This document shows positions 58,345 to 58,544 of a stretch of DNA of 58,544 nt, piece by piece. A program made the translations under genes and the position numbers. The notes beneath the pieces are model-generated. The model saw only the letters and a program-made list of their open reading frames with translations, ran no database searches and was not told the origin of the DNA. How positions within the stretch are numbered: position 1 is the first letter of the stretch; every line of letters starts with the position of its first letter. The stretch comes from Eubacteriales bacterium. GTDB lineage: Bacteria > Bacillota > Clostridia > Oscillospirales > CAG-382. The stretch lies in the NCBI GenBank assembly GCA_045578045.1, contig JAZNJM010000041.1, forward strand, positions 1 through 58,544. Reading direction: 5' to 3'.

Positions 58345-58403
58345 AATCAACGTTTTTTAGAAATAATGACTTTTCATTTCTATATTTCAAACGTTGATTT
58401 TTT
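58345..58403 (+). terminator. Long imperfect stem-loop with T tail after trmK
   Basis: AATCAACGTTT...TAGAAAT...ATTTCTA...AAACGTTGATT followed by TTTT. Confidence 0.55.
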
Positions 58404-58544
58404 GGTTCATCATAAATTTTGGTGTACAAAAGAAGTGGGCAAAGACAAAAAACGAATATAAGAGAAAAAGAAATTAGTATTTCTAAACCCATAAGCATTA
58501 CGTTTGGCTACCTTGATTTTATTGTTGAATCCTTCAAGTTTTCC
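58404..58544 (-). mobile_element. Terminal part of an ISL3-family insertion sequence (runs off the right edge)
   Basis: Element end begins GGTTCATCATAAATTTTGGTG at 58404, consistent with GG-starting ISL3 IRs, and overlaps the transposase stop; AT-rich flank. Confidence 0.8.
58410..58544 (-). CDS. ISL3-family transposase, C-terminal fragment (not in the ORF track)
   Basis: Reverse complement reads GKLEGFNNKIKVAKRNAYGFRNTNFFFSYIRFLSLPTSFVHQNL*, the EGxNNKIKxxKRxAYGFRN signature. Confidence 0.88.
   Translation of the reverse strand, partial: GKLEGFNNKIKVAKRNAYGFRNTNFFFSYIRFLSLPTSFVHQNL

Overview
This is an AT-rich chromosomal window from a spore-forming Clostridia-type (Bacillota) bacterium and is mostly core genes. 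It covers SRP (ffh, ylxM), leuA/tyrS, a sporulation block (SpoIIQ-like M23 peptidase, spoIIID, class 3 lipase), metA-nadABC, phoH-ybeY-era-recO-mutS2, nagA/ROK, miaA, a yggS-sepF-yggT-divIVA-lspA-rluD cluster, split transketolase, gpmI, scpAB, pcrA, valS, thiI, a dockerin-bearing C1A protease, rarA, deoB, rlmB, an EF-G paralog and trmK. The right edge holds the end of an ISL3-family IS. I found no rRNA, tRNA, CRISPR array, prophage or defence island. The most interesting signals are non-coding or pseudo-enzymatic: (i) a long hairpin spanning the sigmaE-like promoter, RBS and first codons of spoIIID that could silence read-through from the upstream sigmaF-like promoter; (ii) a GC-richer structured leader before pcrA that partly resembles c-di-GMP-I riboswitches; (iii) two mutually exclusive stems in the metA leader; (iv) three adjacent genes with degenerate catalytic motifs (P1B-ATPase-like protein, EF-G2, DHHW-like lipoprotein); (v) apparent strong CATG depletion. 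All calls come from motif recognition by eye; no database searches or folding computations were run.
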